Shown: positions 1 through 11,636 of the stretch, one piece after another
Layout of the letters: each line of letters starts with the position of its first letter
Numbering within the stretch: the first letter of the stretch is position 1
NCBI GenBank assembly: GCA_963734535.1
Contig: CAVTHS010000003.1
Span: 224,001 to 288,000, forward strand
Source: an uncultured Chloroflexia bacterium
GTDB lineage: Bacteria; Chloroflexota; Limnocylindria; Limnocylindrales; CSP1-4
Direction: 5' to 3'
Length of the DNA stretch: 64,000 nucleotides
Notes under the pieces: generated by a model
What the model saw: only the letters and a program-made list of their open reading frames with translations
Told to the model about the DNA's origin: nothing
Database searches by the model: none
Program-made: the position numbers and the translations under genes

Positions 1-1518
1 CACCTGCCGGTGGTCGTGGCGGTGAACAAGATCGACCGCGGCGACGCGCGTCCCGTGGAGGTGCTCGACGACATCTACGAGCTCTTCATGGACCTGGGCG
101 CGACCGCCGGTCAGATCGAGTTCCCGGTCGTCTACACCAACGCGAAGAGCGGCACCGCGACGCGTGCGCTCGCGGTGCCCGGCACCAGCCTCCGGCCGCT
201 CCTGGAGCTGCTCGTGTCGGTCACGCCGGCGCCCACCTACGAGCCGGGACACCCGCTGCAGCTGCTCGTGACGAACCTGTCCGCGAACGAGTACGTCGGC
301 CGGATGGCCGTGGGTCGCGTGATGAACGGCACGATCCGCGTCGGGCAGCGGATCGTGGTCGTCCGCGAGGAGCCCGACGATCCGAGTGGCGTCGTCGAGC
401 CGGGGCGGACCGTGACCCTGTCCGGGACGGTGACCGCGCTGCAGACCGCCCGCGGGATCGAGCGCGCCGACATCGAGGAGGCCGGCCCCGGCGACATCGT
501 CTCGGTGGCCGGGCTGCCCGAGGTCACGATCGGCGACACGCTCACCGACCCGGCCGACCCGCGCCCGCTCCCGCGTCTCGAGGTGGACGAGCCGACGCTG
601 CGAATGACGTTCGGCGTCAACACCTCGCCGATCTCCGGACGCGACGGGAAGTACCTGACGAGCCGCCAGCTCCGGGCGCGCCTGGAGAAGGAGATCCTGG
701 GCAACGTCGCGATCCAGTTCTTCCCGACGGAATCGGCCGACACGTTCGAGGTGCGCGGTCGCGGCGAGCTCCAGCTCGCCGTCCTCGTCGAGCAGATGCG
801 ACGCGAGGGCTTCGAGCTCCAGGTGAGCCGCCCGGAGGTGATCCTGCGGACCGAGGGCGGCGTGCTCCAGGAGCCGTACGAGCGGATCACCCTCGACATC
901 CCGCCCGAGTACATCGGCACGATCCAGACCGCGCTGGCGGGCCGCAAGGGGCGGCTCGAGCAGATGTCGACCGATGCCGACGGCCGCGTCCGCCTCGAAT
1001 ACGTCCTGCCTGTGCGCGGCCTCATCGGCTATCGCGGCCAGCTGATGACCGAGACGCGCGGAACGGCGCTGCTCCACCAGATCGGCGAGGGCTACGGCCC
1101 CTACGCCGGCGACGTGACGCATCGGACGAACGGCGTGCTCGTGGCGGACCGCCAGGGAACGTCCAACGCCTATGGCCTCTTCAACCTCCAGGAACGAGCG
1201 GAGATGCTCATCGGTGCCGGGCAGGAAGTCTACGAGGGGATGGTCGTCGGCGAGAACGCCCGATCCGGGGACATGGACGTGAACGTCACGAAAGAGAAGA
1301 AGCTCACGAACATCCGGACCCACGCTCACGACGAGGCGCTGCGGCTGACCCCGCCCCGGCCGATGACCCTCGAGACGGCGATCGAGTTCATCGGTGAGGA
1401 CGAGCTGGTCGAGGTCACGCCCAACCAGATCCGGCTGCGCAAGCGGCTCCTTTCGTCGCATGACCGGCACCGCCAGGCCGGCGCCCGCGAGGACGCGCGG
1501 TCGGTCGCCGAGCGCTGA
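1..1518 (+). CDS. typA: Translational GTPase TypA/BipA (5'-truncated by window edge)
   Basis: NKID G4 motif, VRGRGELQL, MRREGFEL, C-terminal KEKKLTNIR and DELVEVTP..IRLRK. Confidence 0.97.
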   Translation, partial: HLPVVVAVNKIDRGDARPVEVLDDIYELFMDLGATAGQIEFPVVYTNAKSGTATRALAVPGTSLRPLLELLVSVTPAPTYEPGHPLQLLVTNLSANEYVGRMAVGRVMNGTIRVGQRIVVVREEPDDPSGVVEPGRTVTLSGTVTALQTARGIERADIEEAGPGDIVSVAGLPEVTIGDTLTDPADPRPLPRLEVDEPTLRMTFGVNTSPISGRDGKYLTSRQLRARLEKEILGNVAIQFFPTESADTFEVRGRGELQLAVLVEQMRREGFELQVSRPEVILRTEGGVLQEPYERITLDIPPEYIGTIQTALAGRKGRLEQMSTDADGRVRLEYVLPVRGLIGYRGQLMTETRGTALLHQIGEGYGPYAGDVTHRTNGVLVADRQGTSNAYGLFNLQERAEMLIGAGQEVYEGMVVGENARSGDMDVNVTKEKKLTNIRTHAHDEALRLTPPRPMTLETAIEFIGEDELVEVTPNQIRLRKRLLSSHDRHRQAGAREDARSVAER

Positions 1519-1625
1519 CAAACGGAGGACGGACGCGCCCGCCCGGGAGCCGCTGACGACCTGACGCGCCGATGCTGTCGCCCCCGCGGTGTCGCGCGCC
1601 GCCGCCGCGCCGCTACCATCTGGTG

Positions 1626-3227
1626 ATGGACCGGTTCAGGTCGGCGCCCGTGCGCACGGTGGCCGGTGCGCTCGCGGTGATGGGTGCGGCGCTGGCGTTG
1701 ACGACGCTCGCCGTGGCGGCCCTCGAAGGCGTCCTGCAGATCCCGGACGCATCCGCGACGTACCTGCTCGCGGTGGTCTCGGTCGCCGTGGCATTCGGCA
1801 CGGCGGCGGCCGTCGCAACGGCGATCGGCTCGTTCCTCCTGTACGACTTCCTGTTCGTCGCGCCGACGGGCGCGCTCATCGTCGCAAACGCAGAGGAGCT
1901 CCTCAACCTCCTGCTGCTGCTGGCGCTCGGCGTCGTCGTCGGGCAGCTGGCCGGGATGCAGCGACGCCGGGCCGAAACGGCCGTGCTCCGCGAGCGCCAG
2001 GCGCGGACCCAGTACCAGGTGGGCCGCGAGCTCGCCACCGCGGCGACCGCCCGCGAGGCGCTGCCGGGCCTCGTGAAGATCGTGGGCCAGGAGGTGGAGG
2101 CGACGCGCACGTGGATCGGGCTGGGCGGGGAGGTGGGGCAGGAGCGCGTGGCGGCCGACAGCGACCCTGCGCCGGGACGGCCGGCACCCGCGTCATACCA
2201 GGTCATGCAGCGCATGCCCGGCGACGAGGGGACCGCGTGGGTGCGCGTCCACGACCCACGCCCGGCCTCCGGAGAGCGGCGCGAGGCGGGTGGCGTCTGC
2301 TACCGGATCCCGATCACGGCAGCGGGAATCCCACTCGGGTCCCTGTGGGTCGTCCGCCGCAGGAGCGACGGGCCGCCCGGCCGGGGCCACACGCGCGTGC
2401 TCGCCGCTGCGGCCGACCAGGTCGGCCAGGCGCTCGAGCGGGATCGCCTGGCCGAGGAGGCTACCGGAGCGGAGATCGCCCGGCGCAGCGAGGCAGCCAA
2501 GACCGCCCTTCTCGACTCGGTCTCGCACGACCTGCGGACGCCCCTGGCCTCGATCCGCGCGGCGGCGGGGAGCCTGATGGACCCGACCGTGCCGCTCGAC
2601 GACGCGGCCCGGATGGAGCGCGCGGCGTCGATCGACGGCCAGGCGGAGCGCCTCAACCGACTCGTGACCAACCTGCTCGACATGAGCCGCATCGAGGCGG
2701 GCGGCCTTCGTGCGCGGCTCGAGGTCTTCCCACTGGAGGACCTGGTCCGAGCGACGATCGCGCGGTCCGCCGGCCAGCTCGACGGCCGGACGGTGGCAGT
2801 CTCGATGCCGTCGGACCTGCCGCCCGTCTCGGTCGACGACATCTTCATCGACGAGGTCGTGACCAACCTCCTGGAGAACGCGATCCGCCATGCGCCGCCG
2901 GTCGTGCCGATCCAGGTGAGCGCCGTCGCCCAGGCGGATGGGACCGTCCGGTTGCGCGTCGAAGATGGCGGGCCCGGCGTGCCCGCCGCGGTGCTCGAGC
3001 GCGTCTTCGACAAGTTCTACCGCGTCCCGACGACGACCGACCGCGCGCAACGTGGAAGCGGCCTCGGCCTCGCCGTCGTCCGCGGGTTCGTCGAGGCGAT
3101 GGGCGGGCGCGTCTCGGCCCACCCGAGCGACCTCGGCGGCCTCGCGGTGGACGTCATCCTCCAGCCGGCCGTGAGTCCGGCAGCGCCGCCGGCGCCCGAG
3201 GGACCGGGATCGGAGGGCGGGACGTGA
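1626..3227 (+). CDS. kdpD: KdpD-like sensor histidine kinase (DUF4118 TM region, GAF-like, HisKA, HATPase_c), lacking the N-terminal KdpD/Usp domains
   Basis: LLYDFLFVAP TM motif, SVSHDLRTPL H-box, NLLENAIRH N-box, DGGPGV, GSGLGL; ATG 1626 lies 6 nt after TACCAT. Confidence 0.85.
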   Translation: MDRFRSAPVRTVAGALAVMGAALALTTLAVAALEGVLQIPDASATYLLAVVSVAVAFGTAAAVATAIGSFLLYDFLFVAPTGALIVANAEELLNLLLLLALGVVVGQLAGMQRRRAETAVLRERQARTQYQVGRELATAATAREALPGLVKIVGQEVEATRTWIGLGGEVGQERVAADSDPAPGRPAPASYQVMQRMPGDEGTAWVRVHDPRPASGERREAGGVCYRIPITAAGIPLGSLWVVRRRSDGPPGRGHTRVLAAAADQVGQALERDRLAEEATGAEIARRSEAAKTALLDSVSHDLRTPLASIRAAAGSLMDPTVPLDDAARMERAASIDGQAERLNRLVTNLLDMSRIEAGGLRARLEVFPLEDLVRATIARSAGQLDGRTVAVSMPSDLPPVSVDDIFIDEVVTNLLENAIRHAPPVVPIQVSAVAQADGTVRLRVEDGGPGVPAAVLERVFDKFYRVPTTTDRAQRGSGLGLAVVRGFVEAMGGRVSAHPSDLGGLAVDVILQPAVSPAAPPAPEGPGSEGGT

Positions 3228-3952
3228 TGCCCGCATCCGCGCCCGGCGCGGCCGTCCTGCTCGTGGAGGACGATGCGGCGACGCGGCGGGAGGTCGCCAC
3301 GTTCCTGCGCGGCCACGGCTTCCGGGTCGACGAGGCGGGCAACGGCGCGACGGCCTGGGAACGCTGGGCGGCGCAGCGGCCCGACCTGGTCGTGCTGGAC
3401 CTGGGCCTGCCCGACCTGGACGGGGTGGTCCTGATCCGGCGCCTGCGGCGCGATTCGACGACCCCGATCCTTGTCCTGTCGGCGCGCGACCGGGAGGCGG
3501 AGAAGGTGGCCGCGCTCGAGTCGGGCGCGGACGATTACGTGACCAAGCCGTTCGGGGCGGCCGAGCTGCTCGCCCGGATCCGGGCGGTCCTGCGCCGTGC
3601 GGCCGGGCCCGCGGCCGAGCCGGCCGGGGCGGTCACGGTCGGACAGCTCCGGCTGGACGTCGCGCGTCACGAGGTGACGGTGTCTGGCCGGCCTGTCCAG
3701 CTGACGCCCCGCGAGTTCGAGGTCCTGAAGGTCCTGCTGGCGTCGGCCGGCCGCCTGGTCACGCACGGGCGGCTGCTCCGTGCCGTGTGGGGCACCGCCT
3801 ACTCGGACGAGGCCCACTACCTGCACGTCTACGTGAGCCAGATCCGGCGCAAGATCGCGGCCGTGGACCCGTCCGGCGATCTCGCCGGCCTGATCGCCGC
3901 CGAGCCCGGCGTCGGCTACCGGGTGCGCCTCCCCGAGGCGGATCGATCCTGA
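3227..3952 (+). CDS. kdpE: KdpE-like OmpR-family response regulator
   Basis: LLVEDD, LDLGLPDLDG, GADDYVTKPF, YLHVYVSQIRRKI, EPGVGYR; TGATG overlap with the kinase. Confidence 0.9.
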   Translation: MPASAPGAAVLLVEDDAATRREVATFLRGHGFRVDEAGNGATAWERWAAQRPDLVVLDLGLPDLDGVVLIRRLRRDSTTPILVLSARDREAEKVAALESGADDYVTKPFGAAELLARIRAVLRRAAGPAAEPAGAVTVGQLRLDVARHEVTVSGRPVQLTPREFEVLKVLLASAGRLVTHGRLLRAVWGTAYSDEAHYLHVYVSQIRRKIAAVDPSGDLAGLIAAEPGVGYRVRLPEADRS

Positions 3953-3965
3953 GCGATCCTTGAGC
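3945..3965 (+). promoter_or_regulatory. Candidate OmpR/KdpE-type tandem direct-repeat binding site
   Basis: GATCCTGAGC followed directly by GATCCTTGAGC (10-bp period) upstream of the ORF4021-kimA unit. Confidence 0.3.
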
Positions 3966-4020
3966 GCGGGGCGGGCTCCCGAGGCTGGCTGACCTTGGAA
4001 CGCGCTGCCATCGTGGTGGC

Positions 4021-4275
4021 ATGAACCTCGAAGGACGCCGGAGCGGGGCACGTCCGACGCCCGGCGCGGTCTTGCCCTGGGACTGGGAGCGGGAGATCAA
4101 CGCGGCGATCGCCATGGTCGCCCGCAACCCCCGGTATCGCGTGGTCCTCTGCGGGAGCGCGCTTCGCGCCGGCGTCGTGGCGCGGCTCGACGCGGCCGCG
4201 GCGAGCGCGGGCGTCGTGCTCGAACGGCAGATCCGGCGCGGCGGAGGCTGGGACGTCGAGGTGCGCGCCGGGTGA
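4021..4275 (+). CDS. Small hypothetical protein (84 aa)
   Basis: Fills the gap between kdpE and kimA; GTGA overlap with kimA start; CATCGT 6 nt before ATG. Confidence 0.6.
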   Translation: MNLEGRRSGARPTPGAVLPWDWEREINAAIAMVARNPRYRVVLCGSALRAGVVARLDAAAASAGVVLERQIRRGGGWDVEVRAG

Positions 4276-6329
4276 GTCACGCACTGCCGCGGCCCGCGCC
4301 GCGTGAGCATCGTCACGCGGCGAGCGAGGACCCAGGTCTGCTCCACGGCCAGAAGCCCGCCGACCGCCGCGTCCGCGTCAGCCGACCGGAGTCCCGCTAC
4401 TTCCGGTATGCCGGGCCGGGCGTGGTGGTCGCCCGCGCGGCGGCCAGCGAGGCGCGAACGCCGATCGGGCGCGCGTGGATCGGAGCTCGCAGGGTCCTGT
4501 TCGGCAGCCCGCTCGCCACCGCCCAGGAGATCGAGCAGCGCCTTCCGAAGTGGAAGGCGCTGGCGGTCTTCTCGAGCGACGTCCTGTCCTCGGTGGCGTA
4601 CGCGACCGAGGCCAGCATGTTCACGCTCCTCGCGGTCGGCACCATCGCCTTCAGCTACCTGATGCCCATCGCGATCGTGATCGTGGCGCTGCTCGTTCTC
4701 GTCACGTTCTCGTACCGCCAGACGATCCGGGCCTATCCGAGCGGCGGCGGCAGCTACATCGTCGCGCGCGCAAATCTCGGCGTCCTTCCCGGGCTGGTTG
4801 CGGCGGCCGCCCTCCTCACGGACTACGTGCTGACGGTCTCGGTGAGCGTGTCGAGTGGCGTCTTCAACCTCGCGTCGGCGTTCCCGGCCCTCCACGCCGT
4901 GACCGTCCCGCTCATCGTCGTCGCGATCCTGCTCGTGATGGCGGTGAACCTGCGCGGGCTCCGGGAGAGCGGCACGATCTTCGCGCTCCCGACGTACATC
5001 TTCATGTTCAGCGTCATCCTCCTCGTGGTGGTCGGCGTGATCCGGACGGCATTGGGTGACACGCCGCGAGTCACGGACGTGGTGCCGATCTCGGTCCAGG
5101 CCGAGACGATGAGCCTCCTCCTCCTCATGCGGGCGTTCGCCGACGGCTGCAGCGCGATGACGGGCACGGAGGCGATCTCGAACGGCACCCCTGCGTTCAA
5201 GCCGCCGGAGTGGAAGAACGCCCAGCGGACGATGGTGGCGATGGCCTCCATCCTGGGCTTCGTCTTCCTGGGGATCTCATTCCTCGCAAAGGGCGCCGGG
5301 GCGGTCCCGTCCCATGACGAATCCGTGCTCTCGCAGGTCGGCCGTGCCACGTTCGGGCAGGGCCCCATCTGGTACATCCTGCTGATTTCCACGATGGGGA
5401 TCCTGGTCCTGGCCGCCCAGACCAGCTTCGCGGACTTCCCACGCCTCGCGTCGATCCTGTCCCGTGACGGGTTCATGCCGCGCGGCTTCGCCTATCGCGG
5501 CGAGCGTCTTGCCTTCAATGCCGGAATCGTGGCGCTGGCGGTGCTCGCGATCATCGTCGCGGTCGCCTTCGGCGGACGCGTGGAGTCGCTCATTCCGCTC
5601 TACGCGATCGGCGTCTTCACCGCGTTCACGCTCTCGCAGGCGGGCATGGTCCGCCATTGGTTCTCCGAGAAGGGTCCGGGGTGGCGGCGGAGCGCCATCA
5701 TCAACGGGGTCGGGGCGATCGCCACGGCCATCGTCGCGGTGGTGTTCGCGGTCGCCAAGTTCGCGCTCGGCGCCTGGATCGTCCTCGTCATCGTGCCGGT
5801 CCTCGTCGCGATCATGCTGCTCATCCGTCGCCAATACAGCTTCGGGATGTCGGGGCTGAGCGTGGCCCCCGACCTCGTCTGGGGCGCCCCGGTGCACCGT
5901 CGGCGCGTCGTGATCCCGGTCGCCGACGTCCAGTGGGACGTCATCCAGGCGGTCCGTTTCGGGCGGTCGATGAGCGACGACATCACCGCGGTCCACGTCA
6001 CCGACGATGTCGCGGCGGGCGAGCGCGTCCGCGAGCGGTTCGAACGCCAGCTGCCCGGGATCCGATTCGTGATCGTGGAATCGCCGTACCGGAACCTCGT
6101 CGACCCGCTGATCCGGTACCTCGAGGTGACCGCGGAGCAGGACCCGAACAGCGTCACCGTGGTCCTCCTGCCCGAGCGGGTATCGCGCCACTGGTGGGAG
6201 AAGCTCCTGTTCAACCAGAACGTCCACCGCATCCGCGAGGCGTTGACCGGCCGCTCGGACATCCTGGTCGCCGACGTCCCATTCCGCTCACGCGAGAGCG
6301 GCCACAGCGGTCGCAGGCCCGGGGCGTGA
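4272..6329 (+). CDS. kimA: APC-superfamily K+/H+ symporter, KimA (YdaO)-like
   Basis: FSSDVLSSVAYATE, SYRQTIRAYPSGGGSYIVA, DYVLTV, GTEAISNG, LIPLYAIGVFTAFTLSQ, C-terminal cytoplasmic ESPYR..WWE.LL.NQ. Confidence 0.88.
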   Translation: MSHALPRPAPREHRHAASEDPGLLHGQKPADRRVRVSRPESRYFRYAGPGVVVARAAASEARTPIGRAWIGARRVLFGSPLATAQEIEQRLPKWKALAVFSSDVLSSVAYATEASMFTLLAVGTIAFSYLMPIAIVIVALLVLVTFSYRQTIRAYPSGGGSYIVARANLGVLPGLVAAAALLTDYVLTVSVSVSSGVFNLASAFPALHAVTVPLIVVAILLVMAVNLRGLRESGTIFALPTYIFMFSVILLVVVGVIRTALGDTPRVTDVVPISVQAETMSLLLLMRAFADGCSAMTGTEAISNGTPAFKPPEWKNAQRTMVAMASILGFVFLGISFLAKGAGAVPSHDESVLSQVGRATFGQGPIWYILLISTMGILVLAAQTSFADFPRLASILSRDGFMPRGFAYRGERLAFNAGIVALAVLAIIVAVAFGGRVESLIPLYAIGVFTAFTLSQAGMVRHWFSEKGPGWRRSAIINGVGAIATAIVAVVFAVAKFALGAWIVLVIVPVLVAIMLLIRRQYSFGMSGLSVAPDLVWGAPVHRRRVVIPVADVQWDVIQAVRFGRSMSDDITAVHVTDDVAAGERVRERFERQLPGIRFVIVESPYRNLVDPLIRYLEVTAEQDPNSVTVVLLPERVSRHWWEKLLFNQNVHRIREALTGRSDILVADVPFRSRESGHSGRRPGA

Positions 6330-6442
6330 CGCTCGTCCGAACGAGGACCCCTCTCCGACGTCGGTGAGCGGGGGCAGCACGGCCGCGAGGACGGGGCCCC
6401 GCGCTGCAGCGTCGACCGGAGCGCCGCGTCGGGTGCGATGGC

Positions 6443-6544
6443 GGGATGCCGTCGTGCCTGGCGAGACAGGTGACCGCACCGGTCAGGAATCGAGAAGCGC
6501 GGGGCATCGAGCGGCACCTAGAGTCACGGCCATGGACATCACCA
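6443..6544 (+). repeat. Copy 1 of a ~102 bp direct repeat (AraC 3'-end/promoter/ATG module; copy 2 at 10499-10600)
   Basis: Ungapped manual alignment shows 14 mismatches in 102 bp. Confidence 0.92.
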
Positions 6545-7044
6545 CCACGACGCCAGGAGTGACCATGACCAACTCGGCTGCTCCAGGACCGGTGATCACC
6601 GAGCCCCGCTCCCGCCGCGTCCGTCGTCGCGACACCGAGCATCGGTTGACCCACGATATCGATGTCTGGGTGGCCAGTGCCTCGGCCGACGGTGCGCCGC
6701 ACCTTGTGCCGCTGTCGTTCGACTGGGACGGCGAGGCGCTGCTGGTGGCGACGCCGGCGGACAGCGCCACCGGCAGGAACCTGGCCACCACCCGAACCGT
6801 GAGGCTGGGGCTGGGCCAAACGCGCGACGTGTCGATGATCGCGGGCGACGTCGAGACCCTCGAGATCGACGCGCTCCCTCGGGAGCAGGGTGACCGGTTC
6901 GCTGCGCGAACGGGCTTCGACCCGCGGGAGCTGGTCACGCCGTACCGCTGGTACCGTATCGTTCCGCGCCACATTCAGGCCTGGCGCGAGGTGAACGAGC
7001 TGCCCGACCGCGAGCTCATGCGCGACGGCCGCTGGTTGGTCTGA
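6532..7044 (+). CDS. Pyridoxamine 5'-phosphate oxidase-like (split-barrel flavin-binding) protein
   Basis: DVWVASA..DGAPHLVPLSFDWDG, TGRNL, IQAWREVNEL; alternative start at 6565 with AGGAG RBS. Confidence 0.8.
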   Translation: MDITTTTPGVTMTNSAAPGPVITEPRSRRVRRRDTEHRLTHDIDVWVASASADGAPHLVPLSFDWDGEALLVATPADSATGRNLATTRTVRLGLGQTRDVSMIAGDVETLEIDALPREQGDRFAARTGFDPRELVTPYRWYRIVPRHIQAWREVNELPDRELMRDGRWLV

Positions 7045-7131
7045 CATTCAACAGGGCGCACCACGCCGCCGAAGCGAGCGACCCCGGCGCGAGGGTCGTC
7101 CCAGCCAAGATTCCCAGGGGAGGAAGCCGCG

Positions 7132-7602
7132 ATGACTGACATGAAGAGCTCCGCCAGGAACAGCACCACGATCGACAAGGCGCCCGGGAAGTGGACCGAT
7201 GACGAAGTCGCCGCGATGAAGGCTCGCGCCCGCGAGCTGAAAGCAGAAGAGCGCGCGAACAAGGACAGAGCGCAGGGCGAGCGCGACCTGCTTGCGGCAA
7301 TCGCCGCGATGAAGGGACCGGATCGCATCCTGGCCGAGAAGCTCCATGCGATCGTCGAAGCAACCGCGCCGGCCCTCTGGCCGAAGACGTGGTACGGGAT
7401 GCCTGCCTACGCGAAGGACGGCAAGGTGGTCTGCTTCTTCAAGAGCGCGGCCAAGTTCAACTCGAGGTACGCGACGCTCGGCTTCGAAGAAGCGGCGCAC
7501 CTCGACGACGGCTCCATGTGGTCGACCTCCTTCGCCCTGACGGACTTGACCCCCGCCGAGGAGACGCGGATCTCCGCGCTCGTGAAGAAGGCCGTCGGCT
7601 GA
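7132..7602 (+). CDS. DUF1801 (YdhG-like) domain protein
   Basis: PKTWYGMPAYAKDGKVVCFF, KFNSRYATLGF, LDDGSMW; GGAGG RBS. Confidence 0.85.
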   Translation: MTDMKSSARNSTTIDKAPGKWTDDEVAAMKARARELKAEERANKDRAQGERDLLAAIAAMKGPDRILAEKLHAIVEATAPALWPKTWYGMPAYAKDGKVVCFFKSAAKFNSRYATLGFEEAAHLDDGSMWSTSFALTDLTPAEETRISALVKKAVG

Positions 7603-7696
7603 GGAACGAGGTCGCCATTGGGCCAGGCCTGGTCGGGACGGACCGAGCCGTCGCGCCCGGCTTCTACGGTCACCACACATGGACGGCGAACCCACG

Positions 7697-10084
<2,388 letters not shown>

Positions 10085-10132
10085 CCGAGGCCACGGCGGC
10101 GCCCGCACGTCGCATGTGGCACGATCTCGCAG

Positions 10133-10582
10133 GTGACCACCAGGCCCGCCGCGGCGCAGCACCTGCGCGACCTCGCGTGGTTGCGCCGCGTCCGCGACCG
10201 CATCGACCGGGAGTACGAGCAGCCGCTCGACGTCGAGGCGCTTGCGCGCGGCGCGCACATGTCGGCCGGGCACCTCAGCCGCGAGTTCCGGCTCGCCTAT
10301 GGCGAGTCGCCGTACAGCTACCTGATGACACGGCGCATCGAGCGCGCGATGGCGCTCCTGCGTCGCGGCGACCTGAGCGTTACCGACGTCTGCTTCGCGG
10401 TCGGCTGCTCGTCGCTGGGCACCTTCAGCACCCGCTTCACCGAGCTTGTCGGCGTGGCGCCCAGCACGTACCGGCGCGACGCCGCGCGCGCGACGGCGGG
10501 GATGCCGTCGTGCGTGGCGAAACAGGTGACGAGACCGGTCAGGAACCGAGAAGCGCGGGCCACCGAGCCGCACGTAGCATGA
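10133..10582 (+). CDS. Stand-alone AraC-family HTH transcriptional regulator
   Basis: LDVEALAR.AHMSAGHLSREF..AYGESPY, SVTDVCFAVGCSSLGTFSTRF. Confidence 0.92.
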   Translation: MTTRPAAAQHLRDLAWLRRVRDRIDREYEQPLDVEALARGAHMSAGHLSREFRLAYGESPYSYLMTRRIERAMALLRRGDLSVTDVCFAVGCSSLGTFSTRFTELVGVAPSTYRRDAARATAGMPSCVAKQVTRPVRNREARATEPHVA

Positions 10583-10600
10583 CCGCCATGGACATCACCA
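10499..10600 (+). repeat. Copy 2 of the ~102 bp direct repeat (native AraC 3' end plus VOC start)
   Basis: Matches 6443-6544. Confidence 0.92.
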
Positions 10601-10998
10601 TTCACACGGCCTCCCTCCCGCACGATGACCCGGACGCCTCCCTGGCCTTCTATCGCGACGTCCTCGGCTTCGAGGTCCGCGGCGACGTCGGAAAGGGCAG
10701 GATGCGCTGGATCACGGTCGGCCCCGCCAACCAGCCAGGCACGTCGATCCTCCTGGCTCCGCCGGCCGTCGACCCCGGCATCACCGACGACGAGCGCCGC
10801 ACCATCGCCGAGATGATGGCGAAGGGCACCTACGGCTGGATCCTCCTGGCCACCAGCGACCTCGACGGCACCTTCGAGCGGCTGGAGGCCGGCGGGGCCG
10901 AGGTCGTCCAGGAGCCGACCGAGCAGCCGTACGGCATTCGCGACTGCGCCTTCCGCGATCCGGCCGGCAACCTGATCCGCATCAGCGAGCTGCGCTGA
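10588..10998 (+). CDS. VOC/glyoxalase/bleomycin-resistance family protein
   Basis: DPDASLAFYRDVLGFEV, QEPTEQPYGIRDCAFRDPAGNLIRI; alternative ATG at 10579. Confidence 0.92.
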   Translation: MDITIHTASLPHDDPDASLAFYRDVLGFEVRGDVGKGRMRWITVGPANQPGTSILLAPPAVDPGITDDERRTIAEMMAKGTYGWILLATSDLDGTFERLEAGGAEVVQEPTEQPYGIRDCAFRDPAGNLIRISELR

Positions 10999-11047
10999 GC
11001 CATCCGGCGACCGCAGCGATGACCTGCACGCGGGTGGATCGCCGAAC

Positions 11048-11083
11048 CGGCAGCCACTCCTGGATCGGCAGCCACTCCTAGAT
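11048..11083. repeat. Tandem 18-bp repeat CGGCAGCCACTCCT(G/A)GAT x2
   Basis: Read directly between convergent genes. Confidence 0.85.
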
Positions 11084-11581
11084 CGGGAGATCGCCCTCGT
11101 CGGGTCCCGTGAACGGATCAAGGGTCTCGGTGTAGAAGCGGCCGTAGAAGTTGATGAAGTGCGCGCCGTGGCGCCGAAGGACCGCCCGGACCTGCCGGCG
11201 ACGGGCCGGATCGGTCTCCCGGACGGCGATCACCGGATGGCCGCGCCGCACTTCCAGCTCGTAGCGCCGGAAGTCGGGCGCCTGGTCCATCTGCGTGAAC
11301 TGGACCAGGCGGTAGATGCGCGCCAGCAGCCCGTGGTGCTTCCCGCGGCCATCGATCCGAAGCGCGGCATCCTCACCGACAAGGACCCGGATCGCGTCGA
11401 GGTCGACCCCGTCGCCGCGCAGCTCCGAGATCGCCGCGTCGACCGCGGCGCGGGACGGCAGGATGCCCATCAGGTGATCCGTGGGATAGCCAAGGAGCCA
11501 GCCCGACGGCCGGGCCGCGGGGCCGGGCGCACTCGGTCCGGGGGCAGCGCTCGGTCCGGGCGGGCGTGGTCGATCGGTCAC
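11078..11581 (-). CDS. Conserved hypothetical protein
   Basis: Globular-looking 167 aa ORF; GTG start 6 nt after TATCCT; divergent from iscS. Confidence 0.7.
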   Translation of the reverse strand: MTDRPRPPGPSAAPGPSAPGPAARPSGWLLGYPTDHLMGILPSRAAVDAAISELRGDGVDLDAIRVLVGEDAALRIDGRGKHHGLLARIYRLVQFTQMDQAPDFRRYELEVRRGHPVIAVRETDPARRRQVRAVLRRHGAHFINFYGRFYTETLDPFTGPDEGDLPI

Positions 11582-11636
11582 GGTGAAAGGATAGCCAGCA
11601 GGCCTTCGGGCGATCCCGCCGTACAATCCCGCTCTG

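Noticed and set aside
3953-4271. c-di-AMP (ydaO) riboswitch upstream of kimA
   Set aside because: Consensus elements not found; the region is occupied by a plausible ORF
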